Origin: Bigelowiella natans CCMP2755
Taxonomy: Eukaryota; Protista; Cercozoa
Assembly (NCBI GenBank): GCA_000320545.1
Contig: ADNK01001574.1
Location: forward strand, 1-64,000
Direction of reading: 5' to 3'
Length of the DNA stretch: 64,000 bases
Part shown: positions 53,183 to 64,000 of the stretch, piece by piece
Position numbering within the stretch: position 1 is the stretch's first letter
Layout: each line of letters begins with the position of its first letter
Made by a program: the position numbers and the translations under genes
Notes under the pieces: model-generated
Databases searched by the model: none
Told to the model about the DNA's origin: nothing
What the model saw: only the letters and a program-made list of their open reading frames with translations

Positions 53183-53849
53183 AATATTTCTCGAAATGTT
53201 GCCTACGTTTCGCGAGTCAAATCTACTTGCTCCTGGCATTGCTTCACCCTTCCCTCGAGAATTTTCTTCATTTCTTTTGCCCGTTTGACTTCTTCTCGGA
53301 GTTTATCCACATGCTTGCTTGCGCCTTCTGCCATTGTGACCTGGTATGATGGAGATATGGGAAAGAAAGTGAAAGTCTTCTCTGACGACGTGTCATCCAT
53401 AAATTTTGCCACTGCTGCAATTACCTTGGCGGCTAACTTCTCGTTCTTTGCCGCTAGATCCGAGATTTCCTTCTTAAGGAGGCGATTCTGCTCCTTAGAG
53501 TCTTTTGTAAGCGTCTCAAGCATCTTGTGTTCTCTCTGTGCGTCGGCCTGCAGCTTGTCCATCTTCATCTGCATGATCTTGCGCTCTTCTTCGAATTCAT
53601 GGGTCTTTGCAGCAATAGCCGCTGCGGACTCCGATTCATTGTTTTCCTGTGAAGTGCTGGCGTTTTTGAGCTGCCCTTCTAAAATCGCCACGCGTTTTGC
53701 CCACTTGGCCTCGATTGCCTTCTCATACTCTTTGATATAGCTTTCCTGCTGCTCCTTTGATTTTGCCAATGCGTCACTGACCGTCTTATTTGTTGCCTAA
53801 GGGAAATTGGTATGTGAGTTTATCTCTCCACATGGATATTTCTGCTCTG

Positions 53850-53920
<71 letters not shown>

Positions 53921-55385
53921 CGACTGGAAATGTACCGATGTGTCCATCTGCGAAAGCTTGAGCTGCGATTGAAGATTTTTTATCACGAGCTTACGTCGCC
54001 GCATGCACAATTTCATCCACCGGAATACCGACTTGTACCTATATTATGTTTGCGGTGAGGCGGGGGGAGTCTAGCTGCTATTGCAGTTGTTTTTTGCCCA
54101 TCGTTCGTCTCTTCTGGCAAGGATTTTGAATGTATATAATTCACACACACGCGCACGCGCGCGTGTGTGTGTGTGTGTTCCAATATCATTTACAATAATC
54201 GGCAAGAGCTGAGTGGCGAGGGAAGCAAGATTCTATCAACGTTGTCTTCTTACATCCTGCTATCCTTTCTCTCCCGTCCTGATATCATATTCACGAGTTT
54301 TCCAAATCCCTTTGAGTCTCTATTCACTACTAATACTTTGGTCGCTGCTGTCGAGCTAAGCTTTTTAACGAATTCCGACTGGCCCTGCTCACGAAGTCGG
54401 CTTGTCATCAGCAAGATCTTCTGGGAAAACTCGAGGTTGTCTTTGCGCAGCTTTGCGATCTTTCCCTCCAACTCTTTGCGTTCATCCTCACGTTGGTCCT
54501 GAAGTTCTTGAATCTTTAGAAACCTGCACGGACGGAGAAGTAACTACGTGATTGGGAATGCTGTGAGGAAAGAAGGGGGTTGGGGGGGGGAGTGCATCCT
54601 TTGACGGTTTATGAGGTTCTTTTCATATCCTGAAGCTCTGACCTCAAAAACGTAGTCACAGCTAACGGCTATTGCTTTGTATAGATTCGTTTGTTATGTA
54701 CGAACGTGTCTCGCGACTTTAACGTAAGTTGCCCTCCCCTCCCCTCCTCCCGCTCGTAGTGTTATTTAGTTGTAATACTTGGCTCTATCTGCTGCAATAG
54801 CGTTTTCTCGTGAATTAAGAATCGCCTTAACAGCATCCTTAGCGTTCTGCATTTCCTCAGGAGTGGAGTCGGAGTTGAGGTTCATAAAATCGTCGATTGA
54901 GACGTTCCCGTCGTTTTCGCCATCATCAGGTCCAGCGTCTGCTGCTCTCGCCTTTACATTCGTTTCACTTCGGGCAATCATCGACTTCTTTTGGTCAGTC
55001 GTTGCACCCTTTCCACCGGTTTTGTTGATGAATTGGCCGAGCTGCGTCTCTGCGTGGATGAAACGGTTCTTTACACGCTTATACCTGCGTTTTTGGGGGA
55101 TGCCACGGAAAAAGTAGTAGGAGAAGAAGAAGAAGAAGAAGAAGAAGAAGAAGAGCAGTATTGAGAAACGTTCAGAAGTATGCCTCAACGGAGTATCAAG
55201 TCAGAAAACATGTGATAAATTTAAGATTCGTTAAATGTGACTAAGTTAAGATTCGTTCAATGTGACTCAGCATATTGATTGGGTACTTGAGGCGAGCTTT
55301 GGAGTATTTGTCAATGAGGTATTTGTTAGCCGCTTGAAGCTTATGAATGTTATCCAAATACCTATGCATGCATATATCAGACTCG

Positions 55386-55432
<47 letters not shown>

Positions 55433-56137
55433 ACACATACACATACACATGGATATTATATTGTCCAGATTTGCTTGAAATCGAGGGGGGATAGGGGCAT
55501 GATGGAACGGAGGAGGAAGGGGGAGAGGAAAGAGGATATTAAGTGGAAATACATCTCATCAACAGCCTTAAGTTTGGCTCTGAAGTCCTGCTCAGCTCTT
55601 TCCTTTGCTTCCTGCACGTCATGATCGTGGCTCGATCTCATGATTTGCATCTCGTCCTGTGTTGACTGTCGCGAGATATAAAGTTCTCGGCACAGCGCAA
55701 CAAGGTCGTGGTACTTACCCTGAAGCTCGTTTAGATCATTGCTCACTTTCCCATAGAGCTCTGTGTCCTCGAATATGTCAAGATTCACCTCTCGGATGCT
55801 GTCTCCTAGCACTTTTGAAGGACGAAACTTTAACTTCGCGCCCTTTCCTTTACCGCTACCATGTAAACGCTCGGACTCTCGCATCATCATTACGTGTTGG
55901 ATCAGCTCGCCAATCTTTCTCTGGCTACTCTTCAATGCAGGTGGCATGTCTTTTCCGTCTATCGACGATTGTACAATGCTGCCGTCTCCTCGAACAAACT
56001 CTAATGCATCCTGGTATTCGAATCATCGCAAACCGTGTGAGGGAGAGACATGTGAAAGATGGTGTATGTATTCTGAGAGAAAGCGTTTCCGAGAAAAAGC
56101 ATGGAAGCGAGAGAGAAAGAAAGAGACAGAGACAGAC

Positions 56138-56193
<56 letters not shown>

Positions 56194-56859
56194 AATACAT
56201 GGTTGCTACATAGGCATCATGACCTCAGTGCAGAAGAGCGGGTTTAGGTGTTGAACCAGACTGAAGAATGATATCTCATCCCATGCAGCAAACAAATCAA
56301 CTAGCTCTTTCACGGGGTGCACCCCCACCTCGGTCCCTTTCAGTATAGCCCTTTCGAGCCCCTCTTTTAACCGCGCGGTCAATGGACGAATGCCAGTTGC
56401 GCTGATAAACAATAAACGATGGTCAAATTTAATTACATCAGGAAGACAAAAAACGTGAATTGGTAAAGTATGGCGGCAGTTGGGCTGTCGTTAACTCAAG
56501 AAGTATTGATTTCAGGGAAGGGAATGTTTACTTGAAGAAGGCATCGATTTCCATCCACTTTTGCAGCGAAGCCGGGATGTAGGTGACGTTGCAGAAGTCA
56601 AGTTCGAGAGAAGGACCGTCATACTTTTTCGAGTCTGCGGAAAATTTTCAAAGTAAGTTCAATAAATATAATAAAGCATGGAAGAAACACACAACGCTGA
56701 TGACTTAACACACAAGCGTGGTGCGGCATGTCGGAACATTGCATTTTGCACCATTTCACCTGCAGGAGTCGTGAAGGACGTTGCTCTTTCATTCCGTTTT
56801 CCACTAAATGAATTGTCTCTTAAGGTTGTTTGGGACTTGACGCTCGCGCTGCCTCCCAT
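49653..56859 (-). CDS. Kinesin-14 (C-terminal motor, KCBP-like) with long coiled coil (multi-exon)
   Basis: RYHNILEDMKGKIRVYCRIRPL, FSYDEVY, NVCIFAYGQTGTGKTYTM, GKLSLVDLAGCER, EAQSINQSLSALGNVIAALS...HVPYR, NAKTLMFVNVSP and DETINALNYATRVK, with a C-terminal EIARLK helix. Confidence 0.93.
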
Positions 56860-57473
56860 CCTGTCAAAAAACCCTCTTGCAGAATCGTTCGTTACAACAC
56901 GTTTCCAGCGAACTCGGCACCCATTTCAGCCGTGTATGACGCTGAATAAATACGCCCTGATTTCCTTCTAAAATATATTTGATTTGAGTATATTAATCCA
57001 AAATCGCCTTTCTTCTTTTCCCCTCATTTGCAGCACATTAAGACGATACGACCTAGACAAAGATCCCAGAGAGTTCGAAAAACGATCGAAAAGGACACGT
57101 TCTCTCATACAAAAACGCATAATAGATATTAACAGCGACATAGATATAGGATATTTCATCGAAGAAATAGCCTAGAGCTTCTTTGTCTGTGAACATCACG
57201 TGCTTGAATGCATCATCACGTGATGAGAGACTAAAGAATGTAGGAGAAACCGTGTTAGTCCTGACATTTCAAACAAACATGAAACAAAAAGGACCAATGT
57301 GAACAAAGATAGGAAGTATTGCCATGTCGCTATTACAATTTCCAATGTATTTACTGAAAACATCCTGGACATTTATTGAGAAATCATCTTAATTGTGAAT
57401 TTTGCCCGTGGTCGATAGTCGTTTACAGAAACTAACTTGCCACAACTCAAAAGCACACATCATCATCATCATC

Positions 57474-58385
57474 ATGCGAAGACACCACACACAAGCATCA
57501 CGTACCTGCCGCACCCGTGCCCGATCAAACTCATCAGCTATACAAGAACTTGCTGTCGGTTCGGTGGCGGGAATCTTATCCACAGCCGTAGCTTATCCTT
57601 TTGACACGATCAAAACGCGAATACAGCTTGGAATTGGCAACTCGACCTCTATGGGCGGTACATTGGTACACAGTGTGCGAAATGAAGGCCTGCTGAGCCT
57701 GTTTAGAGGTTGGCACGCGCCCGTTGTTTCTTCTGGAATCACGAGTGGGGTGAGCATGTTCTGTAAGAAGATCTGGACACGTGTGTTAAGGCGCCAAGCT
57801 GGTTACAGTGCATCAGACAAAGTTCCATACTCGCTGACGGCGATCTCTGGAGCACTTACGGGAATGACAATTGCCCCTATAATCATTCCCTTTGACCTAG
57901 TGAAAATTCGGATGCAGGGCAGAAGCTTGCAGGGAGGGAATGCTCAGAGATTAACGACTTTACAGTGTGCCTTAAGGATTGCACGGACGGAAGGAATCAT
58001 GGCTCTGACCTCTGGATCAACGGTAGGGGTATTACAATTGACGACGATGTGGGCAGTCGTTTTTGGTGGTTATGAATATCTCATGGACAAGCTGACTTCC
58101 CACAAGATCCAATGCGACAAAGGTGTAGCATCAATCACAGCCGGTAGCATTGTTGGCGTGCTTTCTTGGGGCTCTAGCATGCCGTTCGACATCGTCAAAA
58201 CGAAGATGCAGATGGATCCCGAGAAAAATAATAGTTCTGTAAAGGTCTTCCGCGATATATTCGGCCGTGATGGAATTTTGGGTTTCTATCGTGGATTTAC
58301 GACTGTAGCAAGCAGAGCTGTCGTATGCAACGCCTCATTCTTTTGGGCTTACGAGGCGTTGAGTGGCACATTAGCGATGCATTGA
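57474..58385 (+). CDS. Mitochondrial carrier (SLC25 family; amino-acid/carnitine-carrier-like), intronless
   Basis: Three PX[DE]XX[KR] signatures: PFDTIK, PFDLVK, PFDIVK. First in-frame ATG is at 57474. Confidence 0.95.
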   Translation: MRRHHTQASRTCRTRARSNSSAIQELAVGSVAGILSTAVAYPFDTIKTRIQLGIGNSTSMGGTLVHSVRNEGLLSLFRGWHAPVVSSGITSGVSMFCKKIWTRVLRRQAGYSASDKVPYSLTAISGALTGMTIAPIIIPFDLVKIRMQGRSLQGGNAQRLTTLQCALRIARTEGIMALTSGSTVGVLQLTTMWAVVFGGYEYLMDKLTSHKIQCDKGVASITAGSIVGVLSWGSSMPFDIVKTKMQMDPEKNNSSVKVFRDIFGRDGILGFYRGFTTVASRAVVCNASFFWAYEALSGTLAMH

Positions 58386-59391
58386 AGCTAATTTTCGACT
58401 CTGCCCTCTAGACACAAGATCTTATTAGAATTGTAAAATTGTAAAACTCGTCTCAACATAAAGTTAGGATGAGCGTACAAAATATGAGCTTTAGGACACA
58501 CAGACGCCTACCGCGTAGACGTACACATTGAATAGCATTATGTGCTACCCAATGAAGAAGTTGTCCTTATTTTATTATCTCTCTCCTATGATAACTATTT
58601 GAAGACCTGTTTCCATTAAGCATGTGAGAGTGAAATTAGTTTACTATCGCGCTTGCGCTATTTTGGACGCTAGCAAGCCGCATTGTAGCTAGTGCTTTAG
58701 CGTTGCTGTCATTTGTGTTCAAAAATGTAGGTCACGGAATTGTGCATGGTTACCATTATAGCCATGTACGTATATCTACTGCATACATATGGGTAAATCT
58801 GCGCTAGCTAGGGTGCATGCTATGCTAACAATGCTGCTCTACAGTTTCTAGAAGCTGTTTTGCCACATGCATGCACGCAAGTAAGGAGAAGGGCTCATCC
58901 TACACATGAAATTTGAGTATATGAGTGCATCTTGCAGATGGACGTACTACACAATGCAAGCATGACAGACAATGCATGCATTGTTACATGTGTCTAAACA
59001 TTGTGCATTGAGCTAGTGAGGTCATCCTCATGGCATCATCTAATCTAGTATACTAGTCATCACATTGGCGGCTACATAGCGGCACGCATGACACGTATAC
59101 ACGCATTTGCTTGCACTTGCAGTGTTGATCACAATCGTCAACTGGAGCTGATGGACCATCGCGCCCCACCGCCTGCTGTGGCATGCAATGACCAATGGCA
59201 ATGCACCACACTAGCACATCTGAACGACATGCATGATGATAGACATGCAATATCATGCCACATGTGCATGAGACGCGGATGTGATGATATGAACACGTTA
59301 TACTAGCCATGCGTACATGTGATATATATGAGACGGATGTAATGAAATGTTTAAATTTTTTCAATTGTCATCCTAATGTAGCTGTGCAATA

Positions 59392-59433
<42 letters not shown>

Positions 59434-59622
59434 GTGTGTGTGTGTGTGTATACATTATACATACTGTGTCTATTGTCATTTTTTTAAAAAGTCGTCGTAT
59501 ATATGGCTATGCAGAGCAGCGGCTACAGCGCTTATAATGTGCCTTATCGTTTCTGCAATGCTGTATTTCACGCTCGTAAATGCATGTGCAATATCTCGTG
59601 TGGTGCGCAATAGTAATCTGTT

Positions 59623-59750
59623 TTAGATGTCAAGGTCATCATCGTCTTTCTTTTTTTGTGCTGCATCCGTGCCAGCCGTTTTCTGCTTATTTTTCGTTCC
59701 GTCTCCATCGCTCTGCATATAATAAACATCCAAAGATGGTTCCGATGCGG

Positions 59751-59787
<37 letters not shown>

Positions 59788-60047
59788 CATCGTTTCATAA
59801 TCATTGATACTTAATCCGCATATGCAGTAAATTACAATCTGATCTTACTTGAAAAGGACAAAATTAACTTTTATAGTCATTTTTTGCATCAAGACGGCAT
59901 TCATTTTGTAAATGTGGGAGAGTTAAAAAGATGTAGAATACCCTATTGTTACCTCTTTCAGCTGCTCGTCGCTATCCAACGGAAGCATTGGCATTAAATG
60001 ACGAATAACCTCATCTCCTTCTGTCCAATTCTATGGTTATCAATAGA

Positions 60048-60085
<38 letters not shown>

Positions 60086-61337
60086 ACAAATAGACAAATG
60101 AAAGGAGGGGAGGGAGATTAGTCCATAGAATCTTCATTCACAACTGTCTCCTACCGTGTGGACATAAAAAGCGCTCTGTGTACGCGTGTTGATCCAATTG
60201 CTCATTGGGTGCGTTATCTTGACCTGATTGCCATCACCAGTGCATATGTGAAGAACTATATTGCGGTGACACACTTCAAAATACTTTCAAATCTTATCAA
60301 AATACTTTCAAATCTTATGGATGGGACGATAAACTATTTTTTGCATGGCTTTGTCCTTTTACATCTGGTAATGTCTTCAGGGATTCATCAACATTATCGT
60401 CGTTGTAACCATCATCACCGTTAAGAACATAATCTCTCTCCTGCTTCTTGTTATCACACATCACCACAGAACTATGGATTCCCCATCGACATCGCACCCA
60501 TCTGACACAATCACGGTAGACACAACTACTTCGATGTCTTCCAGCGCCAGTTCTTCAGTTCTCACCCTCCCAAAAAAGGTGAGTGTTGAGACGATTAGTT
60601 TATCATCTTTGCGCTCCATGCGTAGAACGTAGGGCTTAAACAGCCAATTCAACACTGATGTAGTGCCGACAGCTGCTGCGACCACCGTAGCGCCTATGCC
60701 GATCTTGGCGCCAAAAGGGACGCTAGACGTTGTGCTCAAGAAGATAAGGACCGGTGTACAGGCGATGGAAAATACGCATGATGTGATAGAAAATAGCTTT
60801 AACGCTCGAACAGGCTGATGAATCGAGGAGAAGAGAAAGTACAGGAGGGGGGGAGAAATGGCAGAACAGGAAGAGAAGAGCAATTATTTTAAAGGTTAGC
60901 TTCTTCTCCAACGATACGTTGCCAGTTATCACCTGAGCGAAAGGGGCGACGTAGATCTTTTCCTCTTCCTCCTCTTTTGATTGCATTCCCCTGTGTGTGG
61001 GGGATGTCGTCAAAAGTCGCCGTCTACCCGTCTGTTCGTTGGAAGAGTGCACACATAGTCGAGCTATTCGGGCAAACACAAGCTGTGGCGGCAATGGAAA
61101 AGATGTAACAGAGCGCCTGAGGCCCACCATAGTCTTAGTTTTGGGTGTGACGCTAAAAGCTTTGCCCCCTCCCCGATTTGCTAAACGTAAAAGCCGAACT
61201 GGTCGTTGGTATACGACGCTTTCGATGAATTTAAGAGGGCTATTACTGCTACTACTGCGACAGAATGTCCCAGATAGAACGGTGGATCGGTTGGAAATGG
61301 CACAGGAAGATAGACGGTGAATGAAACGGCTTGCCAT
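59623..61337 (-). CDS. TMEM70-like mitochondrial membrane protein (ATP synthase assembly family), multi-exon
   Basis: S/R-rich mitochondrial-type presequence; KIYVAPF..VRALKLFS; two TM segments; LNWLFKPYVLRM...TLTFFG; HPMSNW...AFYVH. Confidence 0.8.
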
Positions 61338-62484
61338 TATTCCTCGACCTCTGGGGGGGCAGGGTCTGTGTTCGATTGTTGTTTTAAGTTGTTCTGTGTT
61401 ATTGGGTTCTTTGAATTAGATATATTCGGGTATATTTATTTTCTAAAAAAAATGCGTTCGAGCAGTTCCCGACTAGCCGAGCGAATTCGGAGCAAAATCA
61501 GTCCAGCTATTCTCTCGATGGTTAAGACTTTACGTGCAGCAGGGATTCTCAAATAGTAGATGATGTATGATAAATATAGATAACGACATGAAAAATGAGC
61601 ATTACCTTCTCAAAAACTACCTTCCAACAAGATTTGTGACATTTGAGATGAATACCTTGACGAAATTTCTCTCCCAAAATTTCTCGATTTTCAAAAACTA
61701 TTCTAATATGCTCAAGCGACAACAACATACAAAAGACTACATTGCAAAAAGAATGGAGTTGACTTACCGAGAAAGAAGACTAGCCCTAATTGGGTCTGAG
61801 TCTCTTCTTCGCAATCTCGACCAGGGGCCCTGATTCCTTTAATTAATTTGAAGAAATATATGAATGTAAATGCTTCTAATACATACGACAGGAATATTTC
61901 GTTGTCGTTAAATATGTTTTATCCGGTGTTTCCTTCTTTTAACGCCCATCGCAGAAATACGAAAGACTGATAATCAGTCTGAGAGCTCTCTGGCCTTTCC
62001 CCCCTCTCTGGTTTTGGAAACTGGTATTGAAACGTGAAATAATGCTCCGCACAATCTAAGATGTGTCACGCTACATTGGGAGTGATAACATGGTACCTAA
62101 GGATTTTATGGGAGATTCACCATGCTTGGAATCTCCCTTAAAATACTGCGTGACCTACCATCTGTCTTCCTACTTTCCTCGCCCTGCAAGATCAGTTGCT
62201 TGTGACTTGCACCTATGCGGCTATTTTTCTAGACATTTAAGAAGTCAACATTTGAACGGGAGACGAGAATGGCCCCACAGATGTTAGTAGGAGAGCAAAA
62301 AACTCATCTTCTTCACCATTGCTTCCTTCATGCCAGTCATTTCCTCATTTCGGTTAGAACCGATTACTAGTCCTTATCAAATCTTAAATTTTTCTTGTGA
62401 AAAGGTAGCGTTGTTGAAGGAGAAGAAGTAGAAGCATAAAGGAAGTTATTTTGGAGGTGTATAATAACTAAAAAGAGCATAAAG

Positions 62485-64000
62485 ATGGCCCTGACTTCGG
62501 CGCAAGGGGTGCTCGCGCTGCTCGACGAGCCAGAAACAGAAATCAAGGTCCATGCAATTAAAAAACTGGACAAGATGGTCGACAACTTCTGGGCGGAGAT
62601 CGCAAACGCGATTGGAAAAATGTAAACCGATCTGATCCAATGATTCACAAATGCCGATGACCTCATGAAGCATCAATAATTGAAACTCAAGAACACTGAT
62701 TACATCATAATAAATTGACCAGAGTAGCCATACTTTATTTCTATCAAGCTTTGACGGCATTATTTTTTCTAACTTCGATACATTCTTCTCCAGAGAGTCT
62801 TTATATGATGACGAGAAATTTCAATCCCGTGACGTCGCTGCTTTGGTGGCTTCAAAAGTCCGTAAGCCCCTTCCTTTCACGTTTTCCAAACTCAAAATTA
62901 AATTTAGCCATTGCTCTCACATCAGTGTTTAGACCTTTGATTTAATTTTCTCAAATTTTCGCTTCTCACATTGTCGCTTGCTCAGGTCTTCTATCACCTT
63001 GAGGAGTTGGACGATGCATTGCGCTACGCACTTTGCGCGGGAAATGCATTCAACCTCACCGTCAAGAACGATTACGTCGATACCTTACTAGGTCTTATAA
63101 CTGAAAAGTAGGGGATTGTACATTGGGAAGGAGAGTAGAGGGAACGTATGAAACCAAAGTAAATATCACGCACTAAATCAATTTCACAACTTCAGCTAAG
63201 TGTATCGATGAATACATCCGAGTGCGCTCGGCGGGTTTTGCTGCCAAGTTAAAAGGCGGCGAGGACGCAAAAGTAGAGCCAATGGATCAAAGACTCGAAT
63301 CAATCGTCGATAAGATATTCGGGAAGTGCTTTGCACACGGCCAGTTCGAGCAGGCACTTGGCATCGCTGTGGAGAGCCACCGTCTAGATAGAGTGGAGGA
63401 GAGTATCAAACTAAGCGGTAGTGCAAAAACTGTTCTACTGATTTTTGCCAGCGCGCGTAACATTCTTGGCATAGTACGAATGAATATTACATAATAGAAA
63501 CAAAAAATCATCATCCATCGCAAATCTTGATTCCCTTCCACCATGATTGTTTAGGCGACAAACCGAGGATGTTGTCTTACTGCTTGAAGTTATGTAAGAC
63601 GACTGTAAACAACCGCAGATACCGTAACTTACTGCTACGGTCAATGGTGAAGTTGTATCAAGGACTTGCCAACCCAGATTATCTGAACATGTACTGCCAC
63701 TGCTACTACTACATACTGCTGCTATCAAACTAAAATATAGGTTATAATAGCTGTGGTCACCGTGTACAATTATAGGTAACATATTCATCTAAAATCATAC
63801 TTTTTGTAATAGGTGCCAGTGCTTGTTGTTCCTGAACGATCATGATTCAGTGGCTGACGCTCTCGATACATTGATCAATGGCGACGAATCGCAGGCGGTT
63901 ATGGCCTACCAAGTTGCTTTTGACCTCAACGAGAACCAAAACCAGCCCTTCCTCCTCCGCGTGCGGAAGAAGCTCACTGGCGAGGAAAGCAATAGTGCGA
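62485..64000 (+). CDS. RPN2: 26S proteasome regulatory subunit RPN2/PSMD1, 5' part (runs off the window)
   Basis: MALTSAQGVLALLDE, FWAEIA, AALVASKVFYHLEELDDALRYALCAG, AKCIDEY, DQRLESIVDKIF, ALGIAVESHRLD. Confidence 0.97.

Larger units (their letters stand above)
17780..56180. repeat. Dense simple-sequence repeats ((CT)n, (TA)n, (GT)n, (CAT)n, (TAG)n, (GAG)n) in introns and low-complexity exons
   Basis: Directly visible, e.g. (CT)n near 19047-19082, (CAT)n 20282-20313, (TA)n 53144-53178. Confidence 0.95.

Noticed and set aside
52865-53740. 291-aa plus-strand ORF
   Set aside because: It is antisense to the kinesin coiled-coil exon and runs through a (TA)n intron.
17779-56254. Dozens of 60-150 aa ORFs rich in poly-S/L/V/M/CV/YI
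   Set aside because: They are translations of microsatellites (which lack stops) in introns, or antisense to real exons.
60277-60318. 21-bp tandem duplication
   Set aside because: Two copies within an intron; ordinary slippage.
61567-61833. 88-aa AT-rich ORF in the TMEM70/RPN2 spacer (and a similar 63-aa ORF at 56984..57175)
   Set aside because: Short, with no motif, homology or splice support; cannot be distinguished from chance.
62110-62137. Hairpin GGGAGATTC...GAATCTCCC upstream of RPN2
   Set aside because: A single 9-bp stem is expected occasionally by chance in 64 kb; no ncRNA family features.
1-64000. CRISPR array, tRNA/rRNA genes, telomeric repeats
   Set aside because: No regularly interspaced repeat with more than two copies, and no tRNA cloverleaf, rRNA signature or telomere-type array was recognised by eye. 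tRNAscan-SE/Infernal would be needed to exclude small RNAs.

Overview
Eukaryotic nuclear DNA with GT-AG introns, the standard genetic code and microsatellite-laden introns. Bipartite signal+transit leaders and the intron style suggest an alga with a secondary plastid, such as a chlorarachniophyte; this is inference, not confirmed. The window opens in the 3' half of a Ty3/Gypsy LTR retrotransposon (RT-RNaseH-integrase, PPT, 326-bp 3' LTR). Its Pol is interrupted by an exact 183-bp internal duplication and ends in a degenerate Dam-like adenine-methyltransferase-like domain. About 15 protein genes follow in almost strictly alternating orientation: a probably inactive Pol-beta-family nucleotidyltransferase with an OST-HTH-like domain (+), an AT-rich orphan (-), a TauD-type dioxygenase with plastid-like leader (-), an intronless ARF (+), an AAA_33/PNK-type kinase (-), an RFWD3-like E3 ligase (+), an MFSD8-like transporter (-), a PH-domain protein (+), a PRA1 protein with a signal-like leader (-), TRM11 (-), a two-TM protein resembling DEG/ENaC channels (+), a KCBP-like kinesin-14 (-), a mitochondrial carrier (+), a TMEM70-like protein (-) and proteasome RPN2 (+, truncated). 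The most notable unexplained patterns are: (1) a CTAG/CATG/TGCA-rich tract in every spacer downstream of a stop codon but not in head-to-head spacers; (2) the DEG/ENaC-like channel candidate; (3) the MTase-like cargo in the Gypsy Pol. Exon models were assembled by eye, so boundaries of multi-exon genes are approximate. No rRNA, tRNA or CRISPR array was recognised.
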